From the NCBI GenBank assembly GCA_902796545.1, contig CADBPF010000010.1, positions 1 through 39,105 of the forward strand: DNA of 39,105 bases. The letters run 5' to 3'. The stretch comes from an uncultured Ruminococcus sp. (lineage in GTDB: Bacteria > Bacillota > Clostridia > Oscillospirales > SIG627). Positions 20,864-30,240 of the stretch are shown here, piece after piece (the stretch's first letter is position 1; every line of letters begins with the position of its first letter). Below the pieces are notes generated by a model. That model was given only the letters and a program-made list of their open reading frames with translations. It was not told where the DNA came from and did no database searches. Made by a program: the position numbers and the translations under genes.

Positions 20864-22849
20864 TTACAGTTGATCGTCCAAATAAGCGTCGATCGATTGT
20901 TTCAAGAGTTCCAGCGCGCCGGTGAAGTCAAAGCCGCGCAGCTGCGCGCCCGCCGCGTCGAAATAGCCGCCGCCGTGCAGACGCTCCAAAATGAGCTGCA
21001 CGTTGACTTTTCCCGCGCTGCGCGCGGAGATATGGATGCAATCGTCGATCATGCACAAGGCAAAGCTCGCCTGTACGTGTTTTAAGTTCAAAAGCCGGTC
21101 CGCGGCGCGGCTTGCCGCGATCTTATCGCGCGCGGTCCCCTTTTTGTCGCTCGCGGCGATCGCGATCACGTCGCGGTACAGGACCACGTTCTGCTCGAAT
21201 TCCAACTCGGAGAGCATGGTATCGAGATCCGTCTTGAAAAGGCGCATGGTCTGCGCGGGGTTGGCTTCCATTTCCCTTAAATACAGGGCGGCGGCAAAGG
21301 TGCGGGTGCCGGTGTTGCGCGTGAATTGTTTGGTATCAAGCATGATGCCCGCAAACAAGAGCTCCGCTTCCTCGCGGTGCAGTTTGCCGCGCTCCAGCCC
21401 CTGCTCCAATATTTCGCTTACCATTTCGCAGGCGCTGGAAGAAACGGGATCGATATAGGTGATCTTCGGGGCGACGATGAATTCGTCGGTCTTGCGGTGG
21501 TGGTCGATGATGACCACCGTGGGCGAATTTTCATACAACTCCGGCGACTCGAAGGTGCGCGGGTTGTTCGTATCCACCACGATGAGCAGCGTATCCGGAC
21601 CGACCAGATCCTGCGCGCTTGCCGGATCCAAAAACACGCCGGCGTATTCGGGGATGCCGGACAGCGTTTCCATCAGCGGCGAAAGATTCGGATCCTGACG
21701 GCGCAGAACGATATTCACCTTGGCGCCGAGTTCCATGCAGAACCGCGCGACGCCGACGCTCGCGCCGAAGGAATCGTGGTCGCCCATGGCGTGTCCCATG
21801 ATTAAGACACGCTCGGACTTGCGCACGAGGTTGGAAAGCTCGTTTGCCACCACGCGGCTGCGGATGCGGTTGCGGCGCTGGACGGTCTTGGTCCTGCCGC
21901 CGAAATACTCCACCGTGCCGCCCGGACGCCGCACGACCGCCTGGTCGCCACCGCGCTGCAGGGCGGTATCGAGCGCCTGATACGAGGCAAGCTCCTTTTC
22001 GTGCAGGGTGCCCGCGGAAACGGCGACGCCCGCCGAGATCGTGACCGGGATCTCCACCACGCCGGCGGACAGGGCGCGCACCTGATCCAGAATATCAAAT
22101 CGCGCGGCGCAGACTTCCTCCAGGCGCGCTTCCTCGATCACACACAGATACCGGTCGCGTCCGACCTCGCGCAGAACGCCGTCCAGCCCCTGCGCCCATT
22201 CTTCCAGAAGCGGCGCGATGCGGGCGAGCACGCCGCGGTACGCGGCGTCGGACATCGCCGGATCGTCGGACACGTTATCGACCGCGAAAAACACGATCAG
22301 CGGATTGCGCATTTTCAGTTCCTGGCGCAGTTTCTTTTCTTCGCTCAAATCGATCAGCACGCAGACGTACGATCCCTCGCGCTCGCCGGACACGCAGTAC
22401 GGCAAAAGCTTATAATCGCAGTCGGCGATTCTAAGCTCGATCGGTGCTTGCTCTTTTAAGCGCTCGTAGCCCAAGGGCTCGTCCAGAAACGCGTCCAGTT
22501 CCTCATCCGAAAGTTCGCTTGCGTTTTTTCCGACGAGATCGCCGAAAGCGTCGTTCGTCCACAGGATCTCGCCGTGCTCCGACAAGAACAGGACGGGCAG
22601 ACTCACACCCGATAAAAACTCCATACTGACGCTCTGCGTCCAGTCCTCGCTCACCCGGCGTTTTTTGGCTCTGGCGTAGGCGGCGAAGGTGAAGATCAGA
22701 AACAAAACGATCTCCAACGCGATCAGCGCGGCGCAGGGTAAAACGAAACTCTTTTCAAACAACGCGCCATAGACCAAAGCCGCGCTTGTAAGAAACAACA
22801 GCACGGAAAACAGGACCGCAAGCACGGGGGACCCGAAACGACGTTTCAT
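20864..22849 (-). CDS. gdpP: c-di-AMP phosphodiesterase GdpP-like (TM, PAS, degenerate GGDEF, DHH, DHHA1)
   Basis: ALQRGGDQAV, GH..DHD, IDHHR, DTK, ISARS; position between yybS-like gene and rplI. Confidence 0.92.
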   Translation of the reverse strand: MKRRFGSPVLAVLFSVLLFLTSAALVYGALFEKSFVLPCAALIALEIVLFLIFTFAAYARAKKRRVSEDWTQSVSMEFLSGVSLPVLFLSEHGEILWTNDAFGDLVGKNASELSDEELDAFLDEPLGYERLKEQAPIELRIADCDYKLLPYCVSGEREGSYVCVLIDLSEEKKLRQELKMRNPLIVFFAVDNVSDDPAMSDAAYRGVLARIAPLLEEWAQGLDGVLREVGRDRYLCVIEEARLEEVCAARFDILDQVRALSAGVVEIPVTISAGVAVSAGTLHEKELASYQALDTALQRGGDQAVVRRPGGTVEYFGGRTKTVQRRNRIRSRVVANELSNLVRKSERVLIMGHAMGDHDSFGASVGVARFCMELGAKVNIVLRRQDPNLSPLMETLSGIPEYAGVFLDPASAQDLVGPDTLLIVVDTNNPRTFESPELYENSPTVVIIDHHRKTDEFIVAPKITYIDPVSSSACEMVSEILEQGLERGKLHREEAELLFAGIMLDTKQFTRNTGTRTFAAALYLREMEANPAQTMRLFKTDLDTMLSELEFEQNVVLYRDVIAIAASDKKGTARDKIAASRAADRLLNLKHVQASFALCMIDDCIHISARSAGKVNVQLILERLHGGGYFDAAGAQLRGFDFTGALELLKQSIDAYLDDQL

Positions 22850-22865
22850 GGATCGTTCTCCTTAT

Positions 22866-23987
22866 TCAGCGGCTCTCGCGGCGTTTCCGGAACGCCTGCC
22901 GGACGACCGAAAACAGCCCGAGAAAATAAAGTACCGGATACAAGATGCCGGAAACGAACAGCGCAAAAGAGGCGACAAACGCGGGAAACGCGCCCGTGCG
23001 GATCCCCGCGCCGCCGAACCACAGAATAAACGCAAGGATCAAAAGCACGCTCGTGAAAAACGGCGAGCGGCGAGCCGAATAGCGGCGGCATAGCGCGCCG
23101 ATCCCCGTCATGGCAAAGACAAAGGACATGGGCGCCGAGAGGTTTGCCACGGTAAACGCGGCAACGCTCACGGAATCGCCGATCAACGCGCCCAAAATCA
23201 GACAAAGCGCGAAGACCACGGCGCTCACGATACCGGGGGTCGCGTAAAAACCGTCCGGATAAAGCGCCTGCAATACGCGCGCGCGTTTCAGAATCAGTCG
23301 CAGCACGAAGGTGGAAACGTAGGAGAAAAACAGACATAAAACGGCAAAAATGCCCGGAAGCGAAACAACAAGGGCGCCGATCAGCCGATCGACGGTCTGC
23401 TCGCTCAGATCCAAAACCGCAAGCTGCGCGGCGGAGGAATCCTCCGCTAAAATCGCCTCGTACTCTTTGGAAAAGTCCGCAAAAAAGCGATGGATCTCGC
23501 TTCTTGCGTCCGAAAGGTAGTCGCCGATGCGCGCAAACCCCTCCGAGCCGATCGTCTCGTAGGCGCAAAGCGCCGCGATCGCGGCAAGAAAAACGAGCAC
23601 GACCGCCGCGCCGCAGGTCGCGGTAATAAGGCGGCTTTTTCGCCTGCGGACGCACGCGGCAAGCACGACCGCCAGGATCGCGCCGAAAAAGAACAGCGCA
23701 AGACCGGCAAAACTGCGGGAAACGATCACGCAGGCGGCGGCGGTCAAAAACGGCGCGATAAACCAATACGGATTCATCCGGCACAAGAGATAGAACGCCG
23801 CGACCGCGGCAAACAGTACCGTGACGAAGATCGAGGCAAGCGCATAGCCGCCGCCCTCCAAAAAACTGACGGAAAAGGGGGCGGACTTCATCAGAAAGCA
23901 GGCGCCGAACAGGATCCCCGCGAGCAACAGCTCCGCGAGTACGTAAAACGCGATCGGCCGGTGCGCGCGCTTTTCGGTCTCCGCCAT
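22866..23987 (-). CDS. Polytopic membrane protein, YybS/DUF2232-like
   Basis: Many TM helices; syntenic position upstream of gdpP; GAGGGG upstream of ATG 23987. Confidence 0.6.
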   Translation of the reverse strand: MAETEKRAHRPIAFYVLAELLLAGILFGACFLMKSAPFSVSFLEGGGYALASIFVTVLFAAVAAFYLLCRMNPYWFIAPFLTAAACVIVSRSFAGLALFFFGAILAVVLAACVRRRKSRLITATCGAAVVLVFLAAIAALCAYETIGSEGFARIGDYLSDARSEIHRFFADFSKEYEAILAEDSSAAQLAVLDLSEQTVDRLIGALVVSLPGIFAVLCLFFSYVSTFVLRLILKRARVLQALYPDGFYATPGIVSAVVFALCLILGALIGDSVSVAAFTVANLSAPMSFVFAMTGIGALCRRYSARRSPFFTSVLLILAFILWFGGAGIRTGAFPAFVASFALFVSGILYPVLYFLGLFSVVRQAFRKRRESR

Positions 23988-24034
23988 GTGATCCCCCTCG
24001 ATTTTCGTCGATAACAAAGCGTATCGGAATTTAT

Positions 24035-24063
24035 ATTATATCAATTATTATACGCTTTGTAAA
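24035..24063 (-). promoter_or_regulatory. Sigma-A promoter of the yybS-gdpP-rplI-dnaB operon
   Basis: TTTACA-17-TATAAT with extended TG. Confidence 0.7.
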
Positions 24064-24064
24064 G

Positions 24065-26290
24065 TCAAAGTTCCAATTTCGTCTGCTCTTCCTCCACGTC
24101 GATCGGGTTGAAGATCACCCCCGCGGTGGGCAATTTGATCTTGCGGCATTTACTATAACGGTGATCCTCCGGATCCACGGCGACAAGCGTTTTCAGACTG
24201 TCGCCGCGCTTCAAGGACAGACAGGTGATGCCGGAACTCGTGCGCGTGGCTTTTTCGCTCACAAGTCCGGATTTAATCAGCGCGCATTTGCCGAGCGCGC
24301 TTATTAAGAACAGATCTTTGTTTTCGCCCGCGGCGAGTCTGACGAAGCCGACCGCAGGCGACGCCGCCGAAAAAGCGGGAGAAAGCTTTTTGCGGTTGGA
24401 TTTCGTCTGATAGGCTTCCAGATTGAAGCGCACGCATTTGCCGTTGGCAAAGCCGATCACGATCTGCCCCGTAAACTCCGAAACAGGCAGGAACCACAAG
24501 ACTTTTTCGCCTTCGTCGAATCCTAATTTCGCCGGGACGTAATCACCCAAAGCGCTCGCCTTGGTCGATTCAAAATCACCTAATCTCGCCTTATAGACCT
24601 GCGCGCGGTCGGTGAAGAACAAAAGCTCCGCAAAGCTCGAAACCTCGCCGGAGAAGACGATCTCGTCGCCCTCTTTCAATTTCTGCTCGTCGTTTCCGCG
24701 GATCGAGAGGCGGGTGATCTTCTTGAAATAGCCCTCGCGGGTCATCACGACAAAGAAGAACTCCTCTTTTTCCGGCTCGGCGGACAGATCCGCGGTATCA
24801 GGCGCGTCGTACAAGATCTCGGTCTTGCGGTCGATGCCGTACGTTTTGCTGATCTCGTTTAGTTCCTTCACGATCAGCGTGTCCTGGCGGCGCTTGGAAT
24901 CGAGCGTGGCTTCGATCTCCGCGATCGCCTGCTTCAAGCTCTCCGTTTCGGAAACGCGGTTCAGGATATATTCGCGGTTCAAGTGCCGCAATTTGATCTC
25001 CGCGATATACTCCGCCTGGGTGCGGTCGATCTCAAAGCCCTCCATCAGATTCGGGATTACGCGGGCTTCCTCGTCGGTCGAGCGGATGATGCGGATCGCG
25101 CGGTCGATATCGACTAAAATCTTAGCAAGACCGAGCAAGAGATGGAGGCGATCCCGCTTCTGGCGGAGCTCAAAATTGAGTTCGCGTTTCAGGCATTCGC
25201 GGCGAAACGCGTGCCACTCGTCTAAAATCTCGCGCACGCCCAAAAGGCGCGGCGTGCCGCCGACGAGCACGTTGAAATTGCAGGAAAAGCCGCAGGCAAG
25301 CGAGGTATCGTGCATGAGCCGCGCCATCAAGCGTTCCGGATCCGCGGACTTGTATTTTAAGTCGATCACGAGCTTCAGCCCGGACAAGTCCGTTTCGTCG
25401 CGCACGTCGGAGATCTCTTTATACTTGCCGTCTTTGACCAGCTTCACGATCTGATCCAAGATCGTTTCCACGTCCGTGGAATACGGGATCTCATAGACCT
25501 CGATGCAGGATTCCTCTTTGAGATAGCGCCATTTCGAGCGCAGTTTCACGGTGCCGCGCCCGGTCTGATAGATCTGCTCGAGCGCTTCTTTATCGTAAAC
25601 AAGCTCGCCGCCCGTGGAAAAATCGGGCGCTTTGAGCGTTTCGAACAGATCGGCGTTCGGGTCGCGGATCAGCGCGATCGCGGTATCGCAGACCTCGCGC
25701 AGATTAAACGAGCAAATCGAGCTGGCAAGCCCGACGGCGATGCCGGAATTGGGGCTTACGAGGATATTGGGAAATCTCGTCGGCAACAGCACCGGCTCTT
25801 TGAGTTCGCCGTCGTAATTATCGACCATATCCACGGCGTCGGACTTGATGCCGGAAAAGATCTCGTTGCAGATCGGGTCGAGCTTGACCTCGGTGTAACG
25901 CGCGGCGGCGTATGCCATTTTGGAATATTTCCGGCCGAAGCTGCCCTTGGAATCGACGAAGGGATGCAAGAGCGCGCCGTTGCCGCGCGTGAGTCGCACC
26001 ATCGTTTCGTAGATCGCGGCGTCGCCGTGCGGATTGAGTTTCATCGTTGCGCCGACGACGTTCGCGCTTTTCGTGCGCGGACCGTCCAAAAGCCCCATCT
26101 GATACATGGTATAGAGCAGTTTGCGGTGCGCGGGCTTGAAGCCGTCGATCTCGGGGATTGCGCGGGAAACGATCACGCTCATACTGTAAGGCATATAGTT
26201 GTTGCGCAAGGTATCGGTGATCTGTTCGTCGCGGATCGGCGCGTCCGGTAAACGCTCTTTGGTTTCCGGGGTTTTTCTTGCTTTTCCCAT
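24065..26290 (-). CDS. Type IIA topoisomerase subunit A (ParC/GyrA-like, clostridial second-copy type)
   Basis: RAIPEIDGFKPAHR, PHGD, catalytic AAARYTE; shortened CTD with no QxRGGKG GyrA-box visible. Confidence 0.92.
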   Translation of the reverse strand: MGKARKTPETKERLPDAPIRDEQITDTLRNNYMPYSMSVIVSRAIPEIDGFKPAHRKLLYTMYQMGLLDGPRTKSANVVGATMKLNPHGDAAIYETMVRLTRGNGALLHPFVDSKGSFGRKYSKMAYAAARYTEVKLDPICNEIFSGIKSDAVDMVDNYDGELKEPVLLPTRFPNILVSPNSGIAVGLASSICSFNLREVCDTAIALIRDPNADLFETLKAPDFSTGGELVYDKEALEQIYQTGRGTVKLRSKWRYLKEESCIEVYEIPYSTDVETILDQIVKLVKDGKYKEISDVRDETDLSGLKLVIDLKYKSADPERLMARLMHDTSLACGFSCNFNVLVGGTPRLLGVREILDEWHAFRRECLKRELNFELRQKRDRLHLLLGLAKILVDIDRAIRIIRSTDEEARVIPNLMEGFEIDRTQAEYIAEIKLRHLNREYILNRVSETESLKQAIAEIEATLDSKRRQDTLIVKELNEISKTYGIDRKTEILYDAPDTADLSAEPEKEEFFFVVMTREGYFKKITRLSIRGNDEQKLKEGDEIVFSGEVSSFAELLFFTDRAQVYKARLGDFESTKASALGDYVPAKLGFDEGEKVLWFLPVSEFTGQIVIGFANGKCVRFNLEAYQTKSNRKKLSPAFSAASPAVGFVRLAAGENKDLFLISALGKCALIKSGLVSEKATRTSSGITCLSLKRGDSLKTLVAVDPEDHRYSKCRKIKLPTAGVIFNPIDVEEEQTKLEL

Positions 26291-26301
26291 AACGTCCTCT
26301 T

Positions 26302-27591
26302 TTATCCGATGATATGATCGGCAAATCTGCCGGTAAGCGCGGGCTCTAAATACGCGTGCAGGGTGACGCCGTTTTCATCGTGACGCGCGTCGATCACGCT
26401 CGCTTTGCGGTACAACAGATCCACGCTTGACTCTTCCGAAAGCGCAAAACGCAAGGTGCAAAGCCGCAAATCCTCACGCAACACCGCTTCCATGCGTTGG
26501 AGCAGTTCCCCGATCCCGAAACCCGTTACGGCGGAGATCTGCACGCTGTTTTGCCGGTCCTGCGGCGCAAGGATCAGTTCCCCGGACAGTTTGTCACACT
26601 TATTATACACGAAAATCGTTTTCGGGGAAAGTACTTTTCTCGTTTTTCCGAGTTCATATACCAGATTGCGCGTTACGGAAAGCTGACGCTCCAGATTCGG
26701 ATCGGACGCGTCGAGCACCACAAGTAAAAGATCCGCGTAGGCGACCTCGTCGAGCGTGGAGGCGAACGCCTCGATCAGATGGTGCGGCAAACGATCGATA
26801 AAGCCGACGGTATCGGTCAGAAGCACCTCGGTCTTATGCGGCAGCACAAGTTTGCGCGTCGTGGGGTCGAGCGTGGCAAACAACTGATCGCGCGCGAGAA
26901 TATCCGCGTTGGTCAGCGTGTTCAAGAGCGTGGATTTGCCCGCGTTCGTATAGCCCGCGATCGTGACCTGTTTTTTCCCGCCCGCTTTTCGGGCGCCGCG
27001 GCGCAGATCGCGGCTCGCGGCAAGGGCTTCCAGTTTTTGCTCCAGGGCGGCGATCCTGCGCTTGACGTGGCGTTTATCCGTTTCGAGTTTGCTCTCGCCG
27101 GGGCCGCGCGTGCCGATGCCGCCGCCCAAGCGCGAGAGTTCCTTGCCCCGCCCGGTGAGGCGCGGCACGCTGTATTTGAGTTGGGCGATCTCCACCTGGA
27201 GCATCCCCTCCGCGGTATGCGCGTTGTTTGCGAAAATGTCCAAGATCAGCACGCTGCGGTCGATCACGCGCACTTCCTTGGGCAGTTCCTTTTCCAGATG
27301 CACGACCTGCGCGGGGCTCAATTCCTCGTCGAAGATCACAAGACCGGCTTGCAGATTCTCGCAAAGCTCGTATAGTTCGCGCAGTTTGCCCGAGCCGATC
27401 ACGGTGGACGGATCGGCGCTGCGGCGCACCTGCGTGAGCGCGGCGAGCACCTTCACCCCCGCCGTATCGCACAGGGCTTCCAGCTCCGATAAGGCGCTTT
27501 CGGCGTCTTCATATTTTTCGGCGTCCGATACGACGCCGACGAGGATCGCGCCCTCGGCGCCGGACGAAGTGTTGAATTCCTGATAGTCCAT
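26302..27591 (-). CDS. hflX: Ribosome-splitting GTPase HflX
   Basis: IGSGK, GTRGPGESKLE, GYTNAGKST, LFATLD, DTVGFI, NKCD; GGAGG upstream of ATG 27591. Confidence 0.96.
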   Translation of the reverse strand: MDYQEFNTSSGAEGAILVGVVSDAEKYEDAESALSELEALCDTAGVKVLAALTQVRRSADPSTVIGSGKLRELYELCENLQAGLVIFDEELSPAQVVHLEKELPKEVRVIDRSVLILDIFANNAHTAEGMLQVEIAQLKYSVPRLTGRGKELSRLGGGIGTRGPGESKLETDKRHVKRRIAALEQKLEALAASRDLRRGARKAGGKKQVTIAGYTNAGKSTLLNTLTNADILARDQLFATLDPTTRKLVLPHKTEVLLTDTVGFIDRLPHHLIEAFASTLDEVAYADLLLVVLDASDPNLERQLSVTRNLVYELGKTRKVLSPKTIFVYNKCDKLSGELILAPQDRQNSVQISAVTGFGIGELLQRMEAVLREDLRLCTLRFALSEESSVDLLYRKASVIDARHDENGVTLHAYLEPALTGRFADHIIG

Positions 27592-27616
27592 AACAGTCCC
27601 TCCTCCCGGGGGTCTA

Positions 27617-27650
27617 AAAAAAGAGAACGGCACAACCGTGCCGTTCTTCC
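27617..27650 (-). terminator. Intrinsic terminator between rpmE and hflX
   Basis: Minus strand GAACGGCAC-GGTT-GTGCCGTTC followed by TCTTTTTTT. Confidence 0.7.
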
Positions 27651-27682
27651 GTTCGTTTGAAAAGCAAGCCGACCTTGCCCGA

Positions 27683-27883
27683 TCAGGTGCGGTCGTAACG
27701 CTTCTTGAACTTGTCCACTCTGCCGCCCGCGTCCACGAACTTCTGTTTGCCCGTGTAGAAGGGATGGCACTTCGCGCAGATATCCACGTGCAGATCCGAT
27801 TTGGTGGAACGGGTGGGATATTCCGCACCGCAAGCACAGACGATCACGGTGTCTTTATATTCGGGATGAATGCCTTTTTTCAT
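27683..27883 (-). CDS. rpmE: 50S ribosomal protein L31, Zn-binding type
   Basis: [29 protein letters not shown]. Confidence 0.97.
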   Translation of the reverse strand: MKKGIHPEYKDTVIVCACGAEYPTRSTKSDLHVDICAKCHPFYTGKQKFVDAGGRVDKFKKRYDRT

Positions 27884-27918
27884 GATCTTTTCCTCACAGC
27901 TTTTTTCGATACCCGAAA

Positions 27919-27947
27919 AGTATAGCATAAGAAATGCGGAAATGCAA
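27919..27947 (-). promoter_or_regulatory. Sigma-A promoter for rpmE
   Basis: TTGCAT-17-TATACT with extended TG. Confidence 0.7.
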
Positions 27948-28061
27948 GGGGTTTTGAAAAAATTTTCGCGTTTTCAAAAAAACGCGCAAAATTCAAGCAT
28001 TCTTCACAAATTTCTGTTATACTGAACGCCAACCCCGACGAACCCCTTTTTGAGGTGCAGT

Positions 28062-29414
28062 ATGGCTGAATCGTATCAAATCGAACTTCCGGAGCTTTTG
28101 CCGCTTGCCGAAAAAGTTTTGGCAAACGACCGCATCCCGCAGGAATTATACACGCGCTACGACGTGAAGCGCGGTCTGCGCGATTTAAGCGGAAAAGGCG
28201 TGCTCGCCGGACTGACCGAGATCTCCGAGATCGTTTCCGCCACCCCCGACGGCAAGCCCTGCGAGGGCAGGCTCTTTTACCGCGGCATCGAGATCCAAAA
28301 GATCGTGGACGGGTTTTTGAAAGAAAACCGCTTCGGTTTCGAGGAGGTCGTATATCTTTTGCTCTTCGGCGAATTGCCGACGAGGACGGAGCTTGACACC
28401 TTTACGGCTGTGCTCGGGCATTACCGCAGCCTGCCGACGAGTTTCGTGCGCGACGTGATCATGAAAGCGCCGAGCCCCGACATGATGAACGCGCTTGCCC
28501 GCAGCGTTTTGACGCTGTATTCCTACGATCCGAAGCCGGACGACACGGACATTGCGAACGTGCTGCGCCAATGCCTGCAGCTGATCGCGCAGTTTGCGCT
28601 GCTTTCGGTGTACGGCTATCAGTCGGCGCGGCACTATCACGGCGGCGAGAGCCTGTTCATCCACGCGCCGCGCGCCGATCTTTCCACCGCGGAGAATATT
28701 TTGTATCTTTTGCGCGCGGACAACCGCTATACCGAGCTGGAGGCGCGGGTGCTCGATCTGTGCCTCGTATTGCACGCGGAGCACGGCGGCGGCAACAATT
28801 CCACCTTCACGACCCACGTGGTCACCTCGTCCGGCACGGACACCTATTCGTCGATGGCATCGTCGCTCGGCTCGCTGAAGGGCCCGCGCCACGGCGGCGC
28901 GAACTGCAAGGTGGACGCGATGTTTTCCGATCTGCGCGCGCATTTACAGAACCCGGAGGACGAGGACGAGATCCGCGCTTACTTAAACGATCTCTTGGAT
29001 AAAAAAGCCTTTGACCGCACGGGACTCATTTACGGGATGGGGCACGCGGTCTATTCCCTCTCCGATCCGCGCGCGACGATTTTGCGCCGTTTCGTGCAGC
29101 AGCTTTCCGCCGAAAAAGGGCGCGAGGAGGAATACCGGCTCTACGAGCGCGTGGAGCGCCTGGCGCCGCAGGTGATCGCCAAAAAACGACATATCTACAA
29201 GGGCGTGAGCGCCAACGTGGACTTTTATTCGGGATTCGTGTATCACTTGCTCGGATTGCCGAGAGAGCTCTACACGCCGGTCTTTGCCGTGGCGCGGATC
29301 GCCGGCTGGAGCGCGCACCGATTGGAAGAGCTTGCCGGCGGCGGCAAGATCATCCGCCCGGCGTACCGCTGCGTCGCCGAGGAGCGCGAATACGTGCCGC
29401 TGGACCAGCGGTGA
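28062..29414 (+). CDS. gltA: Citrate (or 2-methylcitrate) synthase
   Basis: LHAEHGGGNNST, GPRHGGAN, GMGHAVY..DPR, ANVDFYSG; GAGGTG RBS; extended -10 TGtTATACT at 28015-28023. Confidence 0.92.
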   Translation: MAESYQIELPELLPLAEKVLANDRIPQELYTRYDVKRGLRDLSGKGVLAGLTEISEIVSATPDGKPCEGRLFYRGIEIQKIVDGFLKENRFGFEEVVYLLLFGELPTRTELDTFTAVLGHYRSLPTSFVRDVIMKAPSPDMMNALARSVLTLYSYDPKPDDTDIANVLRQCLQLIAQFALLSVYGYQSARHYHGGESLFIHAPRADLSTAENILYLLRADNRYTELEARVLDLCLVLHAEHGGGNNSTFTTHVVTSSGTDTYSSMASSLGSLKGPRHGGANCKVDAMFSDLRAHLQNPEDEDEIRAYLNDLLDKKAFDRTGLIYGMGHAVYSLSDPRATILRRFVQQLSAEKGREEEYRLYERVERLAPQVIAKKRHIYKGVSANVDFYSGFVYHLLGLPRELYTPVFAVARIAGWSAHRLEELAGGGKIIRPAYRCVAEEREYVPLDQR

Positions 29415-29427
29415 ACAGAATTATTAT

Positions 29428-29458
29428 AAAGACCCCCCGGCAAAGCCGGGGGGTCTTT
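29428..29458. terminator. Bidirectional intrinsic terminator
   Basis: AAAGACCCCCCGGC-AAA-GCCGGGGGGTCTTT. Confidence 0.88.
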
Positions 29459-29482
29459 GTTTCGGTTTGGTTTTACGATCGC

Positions 29483-30118
29483 TCAACGTTTTTTCTCATT
29501 CAAATTCTCACAGCGGGTGCGGATATAGTCGAGCACGAAGAAAAAATGCTCGTCATCGACGTAAACCTCGTTGTGCTCGAGGCCCGCGCTCAATCGGATC
29601 AGGTGTCGGCGGGGATACGCTTTGATCTTCCTTACTCTTTCAAATTCCGTATAAAGCTCCGTTTTCTGTGCGCTTCTCCCGGCGCCGGCGGCGCCAAAGC
29701 TGCCCGAGGCGGCGCCGACGGATGCGGTCAGGGCCCCGAGTTTTCGCGCCTTTTTTGCCTGCGCCGCGGTCTGGCGGTGATCGATCCCTTTTTCATCCAT
29801 CGTAAACTCAACGATATATTCCCCGCCCATGTTCAGCGCGTAGATCAGATACCCGAGGATCACGAGTACCGTCATTCCGGCAAAAACATAAGCACACACC
29901 CGGAAAAAGTCCGAAACGCGCCGGGCGTCCAGGCTTCCGCCCGTCAGATCGAGCAAAAACACGAACGCGAAAACGGCAAGGAAAATAAAGAAAAAGATCT
30001 TCCAGACCAGAAATGCGATATGGAGATCCCGAAACAAATTCACGGAAAAGGTCCAACGGTATTTCCCGTCGTAATCCGCGCGGTACGCGCCCTGTTTTGC
30101 CGGTTCAATCCGTTTCAT
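29483..30118 (-). CDS. Hypothetical membrane protein
   Basis: Two TMs, a Gly/Ala-rich segment and a soluble C-terminus; promoter TTGACA-18-TATACT at 30172-30201 favours ATG 30118. Confidence 0.7.
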   Translation of the reverse strand: MKRIEPAKQGAYRADYDGKYRWTFSVNLFRDLHIAFLVWKIFFFIFLAVFAFVFLLDLTGGSLDARRVSDFFRVCAYVFAGMTVLVILGYLIYALNMGGEYIVEFTMDEKGIDHRQTAAQAKKARKLGALTASVGAASGSFGAAGAGRSAQKTELYTEFERVRKIKAYPRRHLIRLSAGLEHNEVYVDDEHFFFVLDYIRTRCENLNEKKR

Positions 30119-30202
30119 ACGCTTTTTTCGTCCGGAGATCCTTTCGCGAAAACGATACTTATGGTAAGACCAGTATAAGAAACCCAAGGCGTTTTTGTCA
30201 AG

Positions 30203-30234
30203 AAAAATCCGCCCTGCCGTGCGGCAGGGCGGGT
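30203..30234 (-). terminator. Intrinsic terminator after asnA
   Basis: CCGCCCTGCCG / CGGCAGGGCGG stem with T tract on the minus strand. Confidence 0.8.
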
Positions 30235-30240
30235 CTTGTC

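Noticed and set aside
27592-27837. N-terminal extension of HflX overlapping rpmE
   Set aside because: It crosses rpmE and its terminator; ATG 27591 has a GGAGG RBS
27950-27995. Imperfect inverted repeats between the divergent rpmE and citrate synthase promoters
   Set aside because: Mostly A/T runs with no convincing match to CodY, CcpA or other known boxes
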